DNA from: a virus
Direction: 5' to 3' (one strand)
DNA length: 64,000 nt
Virus record (IMG/VR): IMGVR_UViG_3300046370_000202
Every line of letters starts with the position of its first letter. Position 1 is the first letter of the stretch. The notes beneath the pieces are model-generated. The model was not told where the DNA came from. It did not search any database and saw nothing but the letters and a program-made list of their open reading frames with translations. The position numbers and the translations under genes were made by a program. Of the stretch, positions 35,945-45,476 are shown piece by piece.

Positions 35945-36159
35945 CTTGAAGACTCTCGCTCTGCGATTGCCTCCTGACTAAATCCGCGCATTGCAAGTTC
36001 ATTGCGCATCTTTCTTTTTAGTTTCTTATTACCTGTACTGAAGAACTCGTTCCACAATTGTGTGTTGTCGAGTTGGTGCATATAGTAATGCTTGTCGGTG
36101 TTACGCGAACGCGCAATCGCGCTCTTGTAGACTTGACTTTGCTTGTACTTTACTGGCAT
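35941..36159 (-). CDS. hypothetical protein
   Basis: AGGAG RBS. Confidence 0.6.
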   Translation of the reverse strand: MPVKYKQSQVYKSAIARSRNTDKHYYMHQLDNTQLWNEFFSTGNKKLKRKMRNELAMRGFSQEAIAERESSR

Positions 36160-36180
36160 AATATAGACTCCTGTTTATAA

Positions 36181-36525
36181 CTAGCCTTCTTTTTCTAAAT
36201 CCCAAGCGACTCGGCGTGCTGGTAGTGGGGGTGTCTTAGGACGTTGTACCCACAGGTGGCCATTCTTCTCCGCATCGCTGAATATAGCAACAGTGATAAA
36301 GAATGCACCAAGTACCATAAGGTGGCCACCTACACTGTAGATTCCATACATCCACGTGTACCCTGCCCAGAAAGTGAACACTACTGACCACATCACCGAC
36401 AAGTAGAACATGAGAATAAACTGTACAAGTTCATTCGGAATGTGTCTCAGTGGATTGACTTTCAAATCAAAGAAAAATCTGTAAAGATCGTAAATTGCAA
36501 ATCCAACACTCTTAAACATTATCAC
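36181..36525 (-). CDS. membrane protein
   Basis: NPLRHIP motif and two TM helices. Confidence 0.65.
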   Translation of the reverse strand: MIMFKSVGFAIYDLYRFFFDLKVNPLRHIPNELVQFILMFYLSVMWSVVFTFWAGYTWMYGIYSVGGHLMVLGAFFITVAIFSDAEKNGHLWVQRPKTPPLPARRVAWDLEKEG

Positions 36526-36543
36526 TGGCCCTCTATAAATTGT

Positions 36544-36855
36544 CTACTTTGATGGTAGACCTTCCTGAATGAAAACACCAAGCGTACCGATCTGTCCTTC
36601 AGACAAACCTTTTGCTTGACCCCACATAAGACCAGATAATGGACCACGTGTCTCACCATTCTTATATGATAAGAGAGCGTCGATAATATAATCAGCGTCC
36701 TTTCCTACTAATGGGGGAAACGAACCCACGCCCTGACCTTCTGTTCCATGACAACCTGCACAAACCATCCATGTGCCACGAACATCTTCAAACCGATCTT
36801 CGTCTGCAAATGCTGGTGCACTGATTAGTAACATTGATAATAATAAATTTTTCAT
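36544..36855 (-). CDS. periplasmic mono-haem cytochrome c (c553/c4-like)
   Basis: Signal peptide, CAGCHG..G.G, P.L.G, YK.G.R, Met ligand. Confidence 0.88.
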   Translation of the reverse strand: MKNLLLSMLLISAPAFADEDRFEDVRGTWMVCAGCHGTEGQGVGSFPPLVGKDADYIIDALLSYKNGETRGPLSGLMWGQAKGLSEGQIGTLGVFIQEGLPSK

Positions 36856-36867
36856 AACTATTCCTTT

Positions 36868-38109
36868 TTAAAACTGGTCTTCTTCGGTCGAACCCGTCAT
36901 AGCTGCGGTAGACGTAGAACCCAATGTAGTTGTGATGGCATCGAAGTAACCGACACCCACTTCACGTTGGTGTTTTGCTCCTGTGTATCCACGCGACTCT
37001 GCGGCAAACTCTGCTTCTTGTAACAACGAGTATGCGTACATACCTTCGTCTTTGTATCGGTTTGCGAAATCAAAGACAGAGTAGTTAGTCTGGTGGAATC
37101 CTGCAAGTGTGATAAACTGGAACTTGAATCCCATCTTACCCAACTCACGTTGAAAATCTTTTAGTTCTTGATCGCCTGGAATTGACTTGCGCCAGTTGAA
37201 TGACGGTGAACAGTTGTATGCCAACATTGCGTCGGGGACTGCACCTTTGACTGCGTCAGCGAAACGCTTCGCATCCTTCAAGTCGGGTGTCGATGTTTCA
37301 CACCAAACGAGGTCTGCGTATTCTGCGTATGCCTGACCACGCACACAACCGAACTCTAGTCCTCTGCCCTCTTCGAGCATATAGAACCCTTCTTGTGTGC
37401 GACATTGAATAGATCCCGCAGTACCCTGCGAGACTCTCTTGATGAATGGTTTGTCGATGTCTGAGATGTTGCTAGAGATTAACTTAGCAGACTCAGCATC
37501 GGTACGAGCAATAACGACTGTATCAGTGCCAGCAACGTCACTAGCAAGGCGAGCGGCATTAAGGTTGCGTATAGCTTGACTAGTCGGTATGAGAACCTTT
37601 CCTCCCAAGTGTCCGCACTTCTTCTCGGCAGCAACTTGGTCTTCAAAGTGAACAGCGGCAGCACCTGCTTCGATAAGATTTCTTGCAAGTTCATACGCAT
37701 TTAGAACTCCTCCGAATCCTGCTTCAGCATCGGCAATAATAGGGGCAAATTCAAACCCGTTTCCAGTTTCCAGATATTCGATTTGGTCTTGGCGTCTAAA
37801 TGCATTATTGATGCTACGCACAACGTTAGGAACGCTATCAACAGCATATAACGACTGATCTGGATAAACTTCGCCATGAGAGTTGGCCGACGCAGCCACT
37901 TGCCATCCCGAAAGATATATCGCTTTGAGTCCTGCTTTAACGTGTTGTACTGCTTGTTGTCCATTATATGCTCCAAACGTGTTGATGTACTCGTTTTCTT
38001 CAAATAACTTTCGAAGTTTTGATGCGCCCATTTGCGCGAGGGTGTGGTCGATTTGAACTGTGCCCTGCAAACGAGTTACGTCTTCGGGCGAGTAGTTTCT
38101 CTTTTTCAT
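36868..38109 (-). CDS. aceA: isocitrate lyase
   Basis: YLSGWQVA, ADAEAGFGG, KKCGHLGGK, AYNCSPSFNW, HQREVG. Confidence 0.97.
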   Translation of the reverse strand: MKKRNYSPEDVTRLQGTVQIDHTLAQMGASKLRKLFEENEYINTFGAYNGQQAVQHVKAGLKAIYLSGWQVAASANSHGEVYPDQSLYAVDSVPNVVRSINNAFRRQDQIEYLETGNGFEFAPIIADAEAGFGGVLNAYELARNLIEAGAAAVHFEDQVAAEKKCGHLGGKVLIPTSQAIRNLNAARLASDVAGTDTVVIARTDAESAKLISSNISDIDKPFIKRVSQGTAGSIQCRTQEGFYMLEEGRGLEFGCVRGQAYAEYADLVWCETSTPDLKDAKRFADAVKGAVPDAMLAYNCSPSFNWRKSIPGDQELKDFQRELGKMGFKFQFITLAGFHQTNYSVFDFANRYKDEGMYAYSLLQEAEFAAESRGYTGAKHQREVGVGYFDAITTTLGSTSTAAMTGSTEEDQF

Positions 38110-38128
38110 AACAAATCCTGTAATAATA

Positions 38129-38204
38129 TGGTATCCAGTAGGGGGTTCGAACCCCTGTTCCCGCCGTGAAAGGGCGGTGTCCTAGACCACTAGACGAACC
38201 GGAC
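38129..38204 (-). tRNA. tRNA-Glu(TTC)
   Basis: Cloverleaf, CCA. Confidence 0.95.
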
Positions 38205-38225
38205 GTTTCACTGCATTATATAGAG

Positions 38226-38531
38226 TTACTTTAAATCCTCAATGAGGATAGTAACTTTACCCTTTTCCCCTTCAACAAAAATAGCAACGTCGGAGACTTC
38301 GACATGCACTTGTTCACAGAAGTGATTTGACACCTCTCCTGCGCACTTGTCGATAGCCGTCTCAATGCACTGGTATACGCCGATGATTGTTCCTATAGGA
38401 TCAAACGCAACGTAGACATTTTGAGTACTCAGCTTACCATCATTAAAATATGCGGATGGATATGCTAATTTTTCCACTTTCGTTACCTCTTGGGATGTTG
38501 TTATTATATCATAAATCGAAGTAGTAGACAA
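38226..38531 (-). CDS. hypothetical protein
   Basis: ORF. Confidence 0.5.
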   Translation of the reverse strand: MSTTSIYDIITTSQEVTKVEKLAYPSAYFNDGKLSTQNVYVAFDPIGTIIGVYQCIETAIDKCAGEVSNHFCEQVHVEVSDVAIFVEGEKGKVTILIEDLK

Positions 38532-38745
38532 GCGTAAAGAACTTTTTTCTTTTAAATCTCACGACAAGATCTGTACGGTCCTCTATGGGAACGATTACCT
38601 TTCTTGTTCTGAGAACCGATCGTTTTTCTTCGTACGACTTCTCAAATAACTCCCTTACGATTCTTTGTGTGTCCGTCTCCAACGGAACAAAATCTTCGGG
38701 AGCAGTAGTATTTAGAGAAAAAACAATTGCAAGTTCAGGTAACAT
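38509..38745 (-). CDS. hypothetical protein
   Basis: Start re-called at MLPEL after GAGGA. Confidence 0.5.
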   Translation of the reverse strand: MLPELAIVFSLNTTAPEDFVPLETDTQRIVRELFEKSYEEKRSVLRTRKVIVPIEDRTDLVVRFKRKKFFTLVYYFDL

Positions 38746-38746
38746 A

Positions 38747-39274
38747 TTATTCCTCCACGTAAAATATATGGTCACCAATGCGGCCAACCAACGTCATCTT
38801 TCTACTAAAACTCCACTCCGGCTTTACATAATCAGCGTGATAGTGTGTAGCACCTTCTGTGAGTCCCCTATACTTCCTATATGAAAGAATATCTTGAGCG
38901 ATGCCCTTTGACCGCAACCAAGCGTAAGTCTCTACTGGAACGTCTGATTGACCGTCACAGTACCAACTAAACTGACACATATTTTTCTTCGGTATGAAAA
39001 GTCCTCGATCTACGCCCCACTCAGACATCACTGCCTGTTTGACGACGCCACATATTGTGGATGGATAACGATCATTCTTCACACGATTGAGCGTCACGTC
39101 TGCGACAGCATACTGTCCAGCCAGACTTTCACTACGAGCTTCGTGATAGACATTGAGTGCAAGACACTCAAGTTCATCCGTGGCATTGATCTTAACATTT
39201 TCCGCATTGACATATCCGACATATCCAAAAATTATCAATAGAGTTAAAACACACACACCACGGAAGATCTTCAT
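38747..39274 (-). CDS. SleB-like cell wall hydrolase
   Basis: CLALNVYHEAR.E, NRV, QFSW, GATHYHA, IG.HIFY. Confidence 0.9.
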   Translation of the reverse strand: MKIFRGVCVLTLLIIFGYVGYVNAENVKINATDELECLALNVYHEARSESLAGQYAVADVTLNRVKNDRYPSTICGVVKQAVMSEWGVDRGLFIPKKNMCQFSWYCDGQSDVPVETYAWLRSKGIAQDILSYRKYRGLTEGATHYHADYVKPEWSFSRKMTLVGRIGDHIFYVEE

Positions 39275-39396
39275 AACGTCATCCTCAGTAACTTTTCTAA
39301 CTTCAGAAGTTTTTTCTTTTGTTTGGGCGTAGGATTGTCGCCTGCCTTTCTGCGCAGTTGCGCATATTCTCTGGTCAGATTAGCTTGATATACCAT
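39271..39396 (-). CDS. basic hypothetical protein (41 aa)
   Basis: Manual translation; GGAGGAG upstream; ATGA coupling. Confidence 0.45.
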   Translation of the reverse strand: MVYQANLTREYAQLRRKAGDNPTPKQKKKLLKLEKLLRMTL

Positions 39397-39604
39397 TCTG
39401 CATCTCCTCCTCACTATACATAAACCCAAAAGAACTTTGGTCCATACTAGGTTGGGCGCTAAAATAGTTTCTAACCATCATGAATGCTCTGCGCAACTCA
39501 GGATCGGTGTCGAGTTCTTTATCTTCTAGGATAGCGAAATCTAGTTCTTCAACAACTATTTTATCAAACTGATCATCATCGACGTAAACGTCTAGGTAAG
39601 GCAT
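39380..39604 (-). CDS. hypothetical protein
   Basis: ORF after sigma70 promoter. Confidence 0.6.
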   Translation of the reverse strand: MPYLDVYVDDDQFDKIVVEELDFAILEDKELDTDPELRRAFMMVRNYFSAQPSMDQSSFGFMYSEEEMQNGISS

Positions 39605-39638
39605 AGTAGTACTCCACTTTGGTTAATTTATGGAGAAT

Positions 39639-39667
39639 ATTATACTATAATAGACCCTACATGTCAA
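39639..39667 (-). promoter_or_regulatory. sigma70 promoter
   Basis: TTGACA-N17-TATAAT. Confidence 0.75.
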
Positions 39668-40427
39668 TAAATTTTTTGTGAAGAAAGTCGGAAAAAATGA
39701 CCTGAGATTTTTCGCCAGGGTGTCCGTATGTTTTTAGATCATTGTTTTCAATGGCGATGGTGTATAAATCTTTACCTTTACCTGCGCCCACACGACTGGT
39801 GGGTTTAAGATCTGCAATAGAGTCTTTTAACCAAGATATGTATAATGGCATACTTTTTGAAGACGACTTATCGTCTTCGTCTGACACAGAATTGCGTAGG
39901 ATAGCCATAATGTTTGACCAACATCGTCTATGGAAGAATCCCTGCACAAGTTTAATGTCCATACTGTCACATAAAAGTTCTAGAGTTTTCATTTTGGTGA
40001 GAGTATGCATAACGTCTGTACGTGAGTCATAAGCGGTATCAAACCATTCATTCATAACACGACGTTTATCGAGATCATATATGCCCTCTGTTCTCAATGG
40101 AGAAAATTGAGTGACATCACCTTGTCTTTGAATCTTGATCTCTCTTTCTTTAGGCATATACTCTACGATCTCCGCCCGTTGAAAGGCTGACCATATGACG
40201 ACGATGTGTGTGACCGGAGTTTCTTGTCTAGGATGATGGAGATAGTCAGTAACTTCACGAAATATTTTATCATTACCGGCACCACAAGATCCCAAGTTGA
40301 TATAGGGCATCGCCATTTTACCCGCAAGGATATGAGTGAAAGTCAAGGGCCAATGTGTGGGCGGATTATTATCAAAACCTTTCAGTTCGTCCCCCCAGAC
40401 GAAACTACATCCTGCGGTCAGTAACAT
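39657..40427 (-). CDS. SGNH/GDSL-like hydrolase
   Basis: GCSF..G block I, NLG..G.GN, GHP; start re-called at MLLTAG. Confidence 0.65.
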   Translation of the reverse strand: MLLTAGCSFVWGDELKGFDNNPPTHWPLTFTHILAGKMAMPYINLGSCGAGNDKIFREVTDYLHHPRQETPVTHIVVIWSAFQRAEIVEYMPKEREIKIQRQGDVTQFSPLRTEGIYDLDKRRVMNEWFDTAYDSRTDVMHTLTKMKTLELLCDSMDIKLVQGFFHRRCWSNIMAILRNSVSDEDDKSSSKSMPLYISWLKDSIADLKPTSRVGAGKGKDLYTIAIENNDLKTYGHPGEKSQVIFSDFLHKKFIDM

Positions 40428-40801
40428 TAATTCTTCTCTTTGTAGTCTTTGATAGCAGCTTTGATCGCATCCTCTGCGAGTACACTGCAATGGATTTTTA
40501 CGGGTGGGAGTGCGAGTTCTTTGGCGATGTCTGTATTACGGATATTCCCTGCGTCTTCGATATTTTTACCTTTGACCCATTCGGTGAGTAGAGAACTAGA
40601 AGCAATAGCACTACCACAACCATAAGTTTTAAATTTCGCATCTTCAATGATTCCATCATCACCGACAAGGATCTGTAATTGCATAACGTCACCACACGCG
40701 GGTGCACCGACCATGCCAGTTCCTACGTTGTCGTCTTCCTTGTCCATCTTACCCACATTGCGTGGGTTTTCGTAGTGATCTAAAACTTTATCTGAATACA
40801 T
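40427..40801 (-). CDS. iscU: Fe-S cluster scaffold
   Basis: GAPACGDVM, KTYGCGSAIASSS, LPPVKIHCS. Confidence 0.97.
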   Translation of the reverse strand: MYSDKVLDHYENPRNVGKMDKEDDNVGTGMVGAPACGDVMQLQILVGDDGIIEDAKFKTYGCGSAIASSSLLTEWVKGKNIEDAGNIRNTDIAKELALPPVKIHCSVLAEDAIKAAIKDYKEKN

Positions 40802-41475
40802 TACGGAGTCTCTATATCTTCAATCAACATGTCACGCATAGCACGTGCCTGTGCGTCTTCAGGACTATTTACACTGCCGTTATTCACAAACTTATATGCA
40901 AGTGTGATGCGTTGGCACTCTGTGTATGCAGCATGCCAACAGTGTAGGTCTTCTTCTTGTTCTGAACCGAAATAATAGTGACGACATTGCCAGCCAGGGA
41001 CATCATCGATCTTGATGATTTTGTCTTTCTGTCTGTCGTAGTATTCAAAGAAACCTTCTCCGGTCTCTGACCACGTGAACAAGACTTGGTATGCATTGGC
41101 ATCATAGTTAGTATGCCATCCCACAAAACCGCCTGGCGGGTAGTAAGAGAGTAATGCAGAAGTGTGTGCGCCAAGTTCCGATGCGAAATCGTACTTGACC
41201 CTCTGCATGAAGTCTCCCCAAGTTTCTTTATCTTCACGCACCATTTTTGCTATAGGTTGTGCGAAATACCTATCGGGCGGGCCAACTAGACGGTCTCGTG
41301 AAAGACATTCTAACAGATATTCATATGAGGTATAATAAGACCCCAAGTCAATATCTTTCTCTTCACGATAAGTCCAATACTTTTTGTCATTGAGAGAGGG
41401 TTTAGAAAGCATCTCATTAGAGAAGCTATTCAACACATCTAACATTTCTTTATTACGAATTACTACTTCAGTCAT
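40801..41475 (-). CDS. 2OG-Fe(II)/cupin-like oxygenase
   Basis: YPPGGF.GWHTN...WH.....R. Confidence 0.6.
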   Translation of the reverse strand: MTEVVIRNKEMLDVLNSFSNEMLSKPSLNDKKYWTYREEKDIDLGSYYTSYEYLLECLSRDRLVGPPDRYFAQPIAKMVREDKETWGDFMQRVKYDFASELGAHTSALLSYYPPGGFVGWHTNYDANAYQVLFTWSETGEGFFEYYDRQKDKIIKIDDVPGWQCRHYYFGSEQEEDLHCWHAAYTECQRITLAYKFVNNGSVNSPEDAQARAMRDMLIEDIETP

Positions 41476-41659
41476 TGTCGCGAATAATCACCATTGAGTA
41501 ACGATCTTTCAGTGTACTTTTAAATACAATTGTATCACCAGATTTTAAATTTAATTGGTCCATCAAATCATCGTTTATCTCGAAGGCAATTTCTCCTCCT
41601 TCAACTTCAATCACTGGACAAATCCAAGAACTAGAAGTTATCTTGCTCGAATTCTTCAT
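41468..41659 (-). CDS. AbrB/MazE-like small protein
   Basis: I.DDL..QL.L..GD.I.F pattern; start uncertain. Confidence 0.5.
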   Translation of the reverse strand: MKNSSKITSSSWICPVIEVEGGEIAFEINDDLMDQLNLKSGDTIVFKSTLKDRYSMVIIRDND

Positions 41660-41813
41660 TTGCTTTCTTAATGTCTTCTTCAGTACACACACCCATATGT
41701 AGTAGGAATGAAACTGTTGAATTAATACCTCTTTGTGTGCCTGTGGTTCGTCCCACCATATATGTTATAAACATGAGTGCGACAGCTATAAGTGTATGCA
41801 AGTACGGATCCAT
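41631..41813 (-). CDS. small membrane protein
   Basis: N-terminal TM segment; AGGAG RBS. Confidence 0.6.
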   Translation of the reverse strand: MDPYLHTLIAVALMFITYMVGRTTGTQRGINSTVSFLLHMGVCTEEDIKKANEEFEQDNF

Positions 41814-41824
41814 TGTTGGACTCC

Positions 41825-43219
41825 TTATATTTTAAAGCCAGCAAACTTTTCACTATCTATTCGCTGACCGGATGTGGAGTTATCAAAGGCTGGTCCATTA
41901 TCTACTTCTTTATTTAGGGGTGAATCATTTTGATCAACATCAAAAAGTCTCATTTTAGCTCGGTCAATACCCACGACAAACCTCTGATTCATATGAGGGT
42001 CGTTATATCTATTCTTTAACTGTTTCACTAAAATCTGATTGTGGGAACTCAGTTCGTCGTTCGAGATAAGTGCAAACATGAGATCGGCGGTTGCGGGTAG
42101 TCCAAAAGACTCGGACGTATCTTCAAGCCCCAAGTCATCATTAGAGTAACCAGAACGAGTCGTCTGCGTTGCAGACACGACCGGCACGTCAAATTCCACG
42201 GCAAGACCACGTAGCTCTTCAGCAATAGACTTGATATACGTATACGAGTTAATAGCACCGCCCATACTCTTCATTCGGGAAGAAGCACAGATATTCAGAT
42301 AATCAATAAAGATTAGATCGGGAATAAACTTCTTCTTCAGCTTCAATTCATTCAGTAACGCACGAAAGTGGTTCGAGTGCGCACTACCCGTCGGATACTC
42401 TTTGATAATCAACTTACCGTTGGTCTTCTCCGCGACAGACTTGACACGGTTTGAAAACATGTCCTTACTCAGATGTTCGAGTTGGTCTATCGGGACATTG
42501 AGTAGATTCGCATCGATCCGTTCTGCAATGCGTTCTTCAGCCATCTCCATAGTGATGTAAAGGACATTCTTCCCCTGTGATAGGGCAGCACCAGCACTAT
42601 GACACATGAAGAGAGATTTACCGACACCCGTACCTGCCAGTGCGATGTTGAGGGTCTTATTAGGTAGTCCACCCTTAGTAATCCGGTTAAAGTAATCCAG
42701 ATCAAATGGAAGGCGTTCCTCATCCTGCGTATAAAAGTCATAACGTGCGTCCACCGATTCAAGGTAGTCGTGACCAATGTTAGTATCAAACGTCACTGAC
42801 AACGCCTTAGAGAGAACGTCGGGTATCGCATTGCGAGACAGTGACTGGTGATTGCCATCAATAATAGTTATAGATTCCATAACTGCATTGAATACCGCAC
42901 GGTCTTGACACCACTTCTCAGTGCGTTCCACTAACCACGAAAGATCTTCTTCCGCATACTTAAAGATGTCGGGGAGTATCTCCATCGCAACACGATAGTG
43001 ATCATCTGATAAACGATCTGCCGCATCAATCTCAATTTTCAGAGCTTCTTTACTGGGCAGATTATTGAACTTAGCAATATAAGTAGTGAACTCTTTGAAA
43101 AGACCTTTGTAGACCCCTTCAAAGTATTCGGGAGAGAGGAAGGGAGCGACCTTCCTCATATAAGAATCGTTAGTCAGTAGATTCCGTAGAATCGTCTGTT
43201 GTAGATTGATTTCCGTCAT
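41825..43219 (-). CDS. 41: replicative DNA helicase gp41
   Basis: AGTGVGKS, ITMEMAEE, IDYL, SATQTTR, QLKNRY. Confidence 0.95.
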   Translation of the reverse strand: MTEINLQQTILRNLLTNDSYMRKVAPFLSPEYFEGVYKGLFKEFTTYIAKFNNLPSKEALKIEIDAADRLSDDHYRVAMEILPDIFKYAEEDLSWLVERTEKWCQDRAVFNAVMESITIIDGNHQSLSRNAIPDVLSKALSVTFDTNIGHDYLESVDARYDFYTQDEERLPFDLDYFNRITKGGLPNKTLNIALAGTGVGKSLFMCHSAGAALSQGKNVLYITMEMAEERIAERIDANLLNVPIDQLEHLSKDMFSNRVKSVAEKTNGKLIIKEYPTGSAHSNHFRALLNELKLKKKFIPDLIFIDYLNICASSRMKSMGGAINSYTYIKSIAEELRGLAVEFDVPVVSATQTTRSGYSNDDLGLEDTSESFGLPATADLMFALISNDELSSHNQILVKQLKNRYNDPHMNQRFVVGIDRAKMRLFDVDQNDSPLNKEVDNGPAFDNSTSGQRIDSEKFAGFKI

Positions 43220-43508
43220 ATGTCTTAATAGCCGCCTCTAAAATATCTTGAAGTACGTCTGCAGCAAATTGCTGAAGTCCAGTATTTTCAATATTATACA
43301 CGCTTGTGTCGGGTGTGTCAATAACATCAAAGTTAAATTTAATCACACCATCTTCGCCATCGATAGTGACATTGTTATATCGAACAGTTATGTCGTTATA
43401 AGGTTCTCGCAGAAGATTAACGTTCCACGCGTCTTTACCCTCAACAACAACAGGTTCCAGTTTATAATCTAGAAACTCTGACGGTTTGTCTAGGTTTAAT
43501 TCACTCAT
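43170..43508 (-). CDS. hypothetical protein (positional gp40 equivalent)
   Basis: Lies between uvsX and gene 41 as T4 gp40 does; similar size. Confidence 0.5.
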   Translation of the reverse strand: MSELNLDKPSEFLDYKLEPVVVEGKDAWNVNLLREPYNDITVRYNNVTIDGEDGVIKFNFDVIDTPDTSVYNIENTGLQQFAADVLQDILEAAIKTYDGNQSTTDDSTESTD

Positions 43509-44560
43509 GCTTCCTCCAGCTCTCCAATAAGTTCTGCATTGACTTCACTAGAATACCCGATCTTATAGGTCTTCTGTAAAAAGTCTGCGAAGTTAGTTGT
43601 TTCAAAAACAGGTTCCCAAAACTCTCCGTTCAGGGTATCCTTTGTTCGTACTTTAGTCCCAATGACTTCACCTGTAGATGTGTCAACTTTTTGATACCAC
43701 CCGTTAGAAGGCTTAATAACATAACCACCAGCGAGCGCAACATCAAGTAGTCCTGAATACTTCTGCACTCCACCTTCCCACGAGACGCCAATCGGAATCT
43801 TTGACTTCTCTTTGACATATCGGGACTTCTCTACATTGATCACAAAATCATAACCAACGATCTCCGTACCCTGCTTCTCTTGACGACGGCCGATGATCCA
43901 GATGTTGTCAGCAGAGTAATAGATGCCAGTACCACCACTCACGATATCTTTTGGAAACAAACCAATCTCTTTATAAGTGTGATTGATTGCAAGCATCGGA
44001 ATGTTCTTCATCGCAAGGTATGGTGTTGACATACGGAACAGACCTTTCAGTGCCTTCGCACGTGACATGTCTGCGACACCCTTTTCATTGAGTGCGTCTT
44101 CCAACTCTTTCTTAGACGCAAGGTTGCCAATAGAGTCAATCACGATAATAACGTCATCTTCACGATCTAACTGTTCTAACTGGTTGATCATATCAAACTT
44201 GAGTTCTTCAACGTTTGCAATCGGTGTGTGCAACACACGACTCGTGTCAATACCGAACTGAGTGAAGTATGACTGAGGCGAACCGAACTCTGAATCATAG
44301 AACAACATGACTGCGTCTGGTTTCGCGTTGAGATATGCACCCGCCATAAGTAATGCGAATGATGTCTTGAAGTGCTTAGATGGTCCAGCAAGGACAGTCA
44401 GCCCAGGCGAGATGCCACCGTCTACGGAACCGGATAACGCGACGTTCACCATCGGAACGTCGGTCGGAACCATATCTTTTTCTGTGAAGAATTTACTCGT
44501 TGATAAAGTAGAAGTCTCTTTAATCTTCGAGTTCTTCTTCAGTTTGTCCATTATTGACAT
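43505..44560 (-). CDS. uvsX: RecA-like recombinase UvsX
   Basis: AGPSKHFKT, FYDSEFG, DSIGNLAS, SGGTG. Confidence 0.95.
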   Translation of the reverse strand: MSIMDKLKKNSKIKETSTLSTSKFFTEKDMVPTDVPMVNVALSGSVDGGISPGLTVLAGPSKHFKTSFALLMAGAYLNAKPDAVMLFYDSEFGSPQSYFTQFGIDTSRVLHTPIANVEELKFDMINQLEQLDREDDVIIVIDSIGNLASKKELEDALNEKGVADMSRAKALKGLFRMSTPYLAMKNIPMLAINHTYKEIGLFPKDIVSGGTGIYYSADNIWIIGRRQEKQGTEIVGYDFVINVEKSRYVKEKSKIPIGVSWEGGVQKYSGLLDVALAGGYVIKPSNGWYQKVDTSTGEVIGTKVRTKDTLNGEFWEPVFETTNFADFLQKTYKIGYSSEVNAELIGELEEA

Positions 44561-45476
44561 TCTTAGCTCCAAAATCTACAAATGTAATGTTATTAACTTT
44601 TTCACGTTCATCGAGGTCATATTGTACACGATAAGACGTGTTGATGTCAAGTACTTTTTGCAACAAATCAAAACTTATTACCCCACCATCTTCATGATCA
44701 TGTGTGGAAAAATTCAGAAACGCTCTCGTATCTTTTGGAAGACAGGCACCACCGAATCCTCGTTTACCATCAAAGCCAGGCACTCTTGTGTGACCCATCC
44801 CAACGCGGTCGTCTTTACCCACAGCGCGAACGATAGTATTGTAGTTACAACCATATAAGTTGACAAGATCATATAGTTGATTAAAGAACGTGACCTTGGT
44901 TGATAGGAAAGAGTTGATAGTATACTTAACGAATGAGGCCTCATATGCAGTCATCTTGTGATAGTCATTTGACTCACACGAACTGAAGATTTCGTAAATA
45001 TCAATCGTCTCCATAATTGCAGACGGCGTACCACCAACAACATGGAAATCTGCAGAAACAAAATCTGCCTTAGCATTCTTCTCTGTGAGGAACTCTGGGT
45101 TATATGCAAATCGGTCTTTTTGTTCTTCGTTCATCGCAGAGTACAAACGATGCACCACATCTGGCGTAATAGTTGATTTGACAATGACCATAGCGTCTGT
45201 ATAGTTCAGACACTTAATGACTGCAGTCTCAACAATAGAGGAGTTGACTGACCCGTCGTCATTAGACGGAGTCGGAGCACAAATGAAAAAACACTGCGGA
45301 TGATCTTCGCGATCCATCTCTTTCAGTTCTTCTACATCTGTATTGTATTTTGGATCATATAATCTAAACTGAACAATCGGGTGAGTAAATGCATACTCTA
45401 CAGCTTGTCCAACAAAACCGTGACCTACTATGCCCAACCGAAATATTTTCGGTTCTTTTGTTGGGTTACTCGGCAT
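44520..45476 (-). CDS. ugd: UDP-glucose/GDP-mannose dehydrogenase family (lacks C-terminal domain)
   Basis: G.GFVG, CAPTP, KST, NPEFL, GFGG.CLPKD. Confidence 0.85.
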   Translation of the reverse strand: MPSNPTKEPKIFRLGIVGHGFVGQAVEYAFTHPIVQFRLYDPKYNTDVEELKEMDREDHPQCFFICAPTPSNDDGSVNSSIVETAVIKCLNYTDAMVIVKSTITPDVVHRLYSAMNEEQKDRFAYNPEFLTEKNAKADFVSADFHVVGGTPSAIMETIDIYEIFSSCESNDYHKMTAYEASFVKYTINSFLSTKVTFFNQLYDLVNLYGCNYNTIVRAVGKDDRVGMGHTRVPGFDGKRGFGGACLPKDTRAFLNFSTHDHEDGGVISFDLLQKVLDINTSYRVQYDLDEREKVNNITFVDFGAKNVNNGQTEEELED

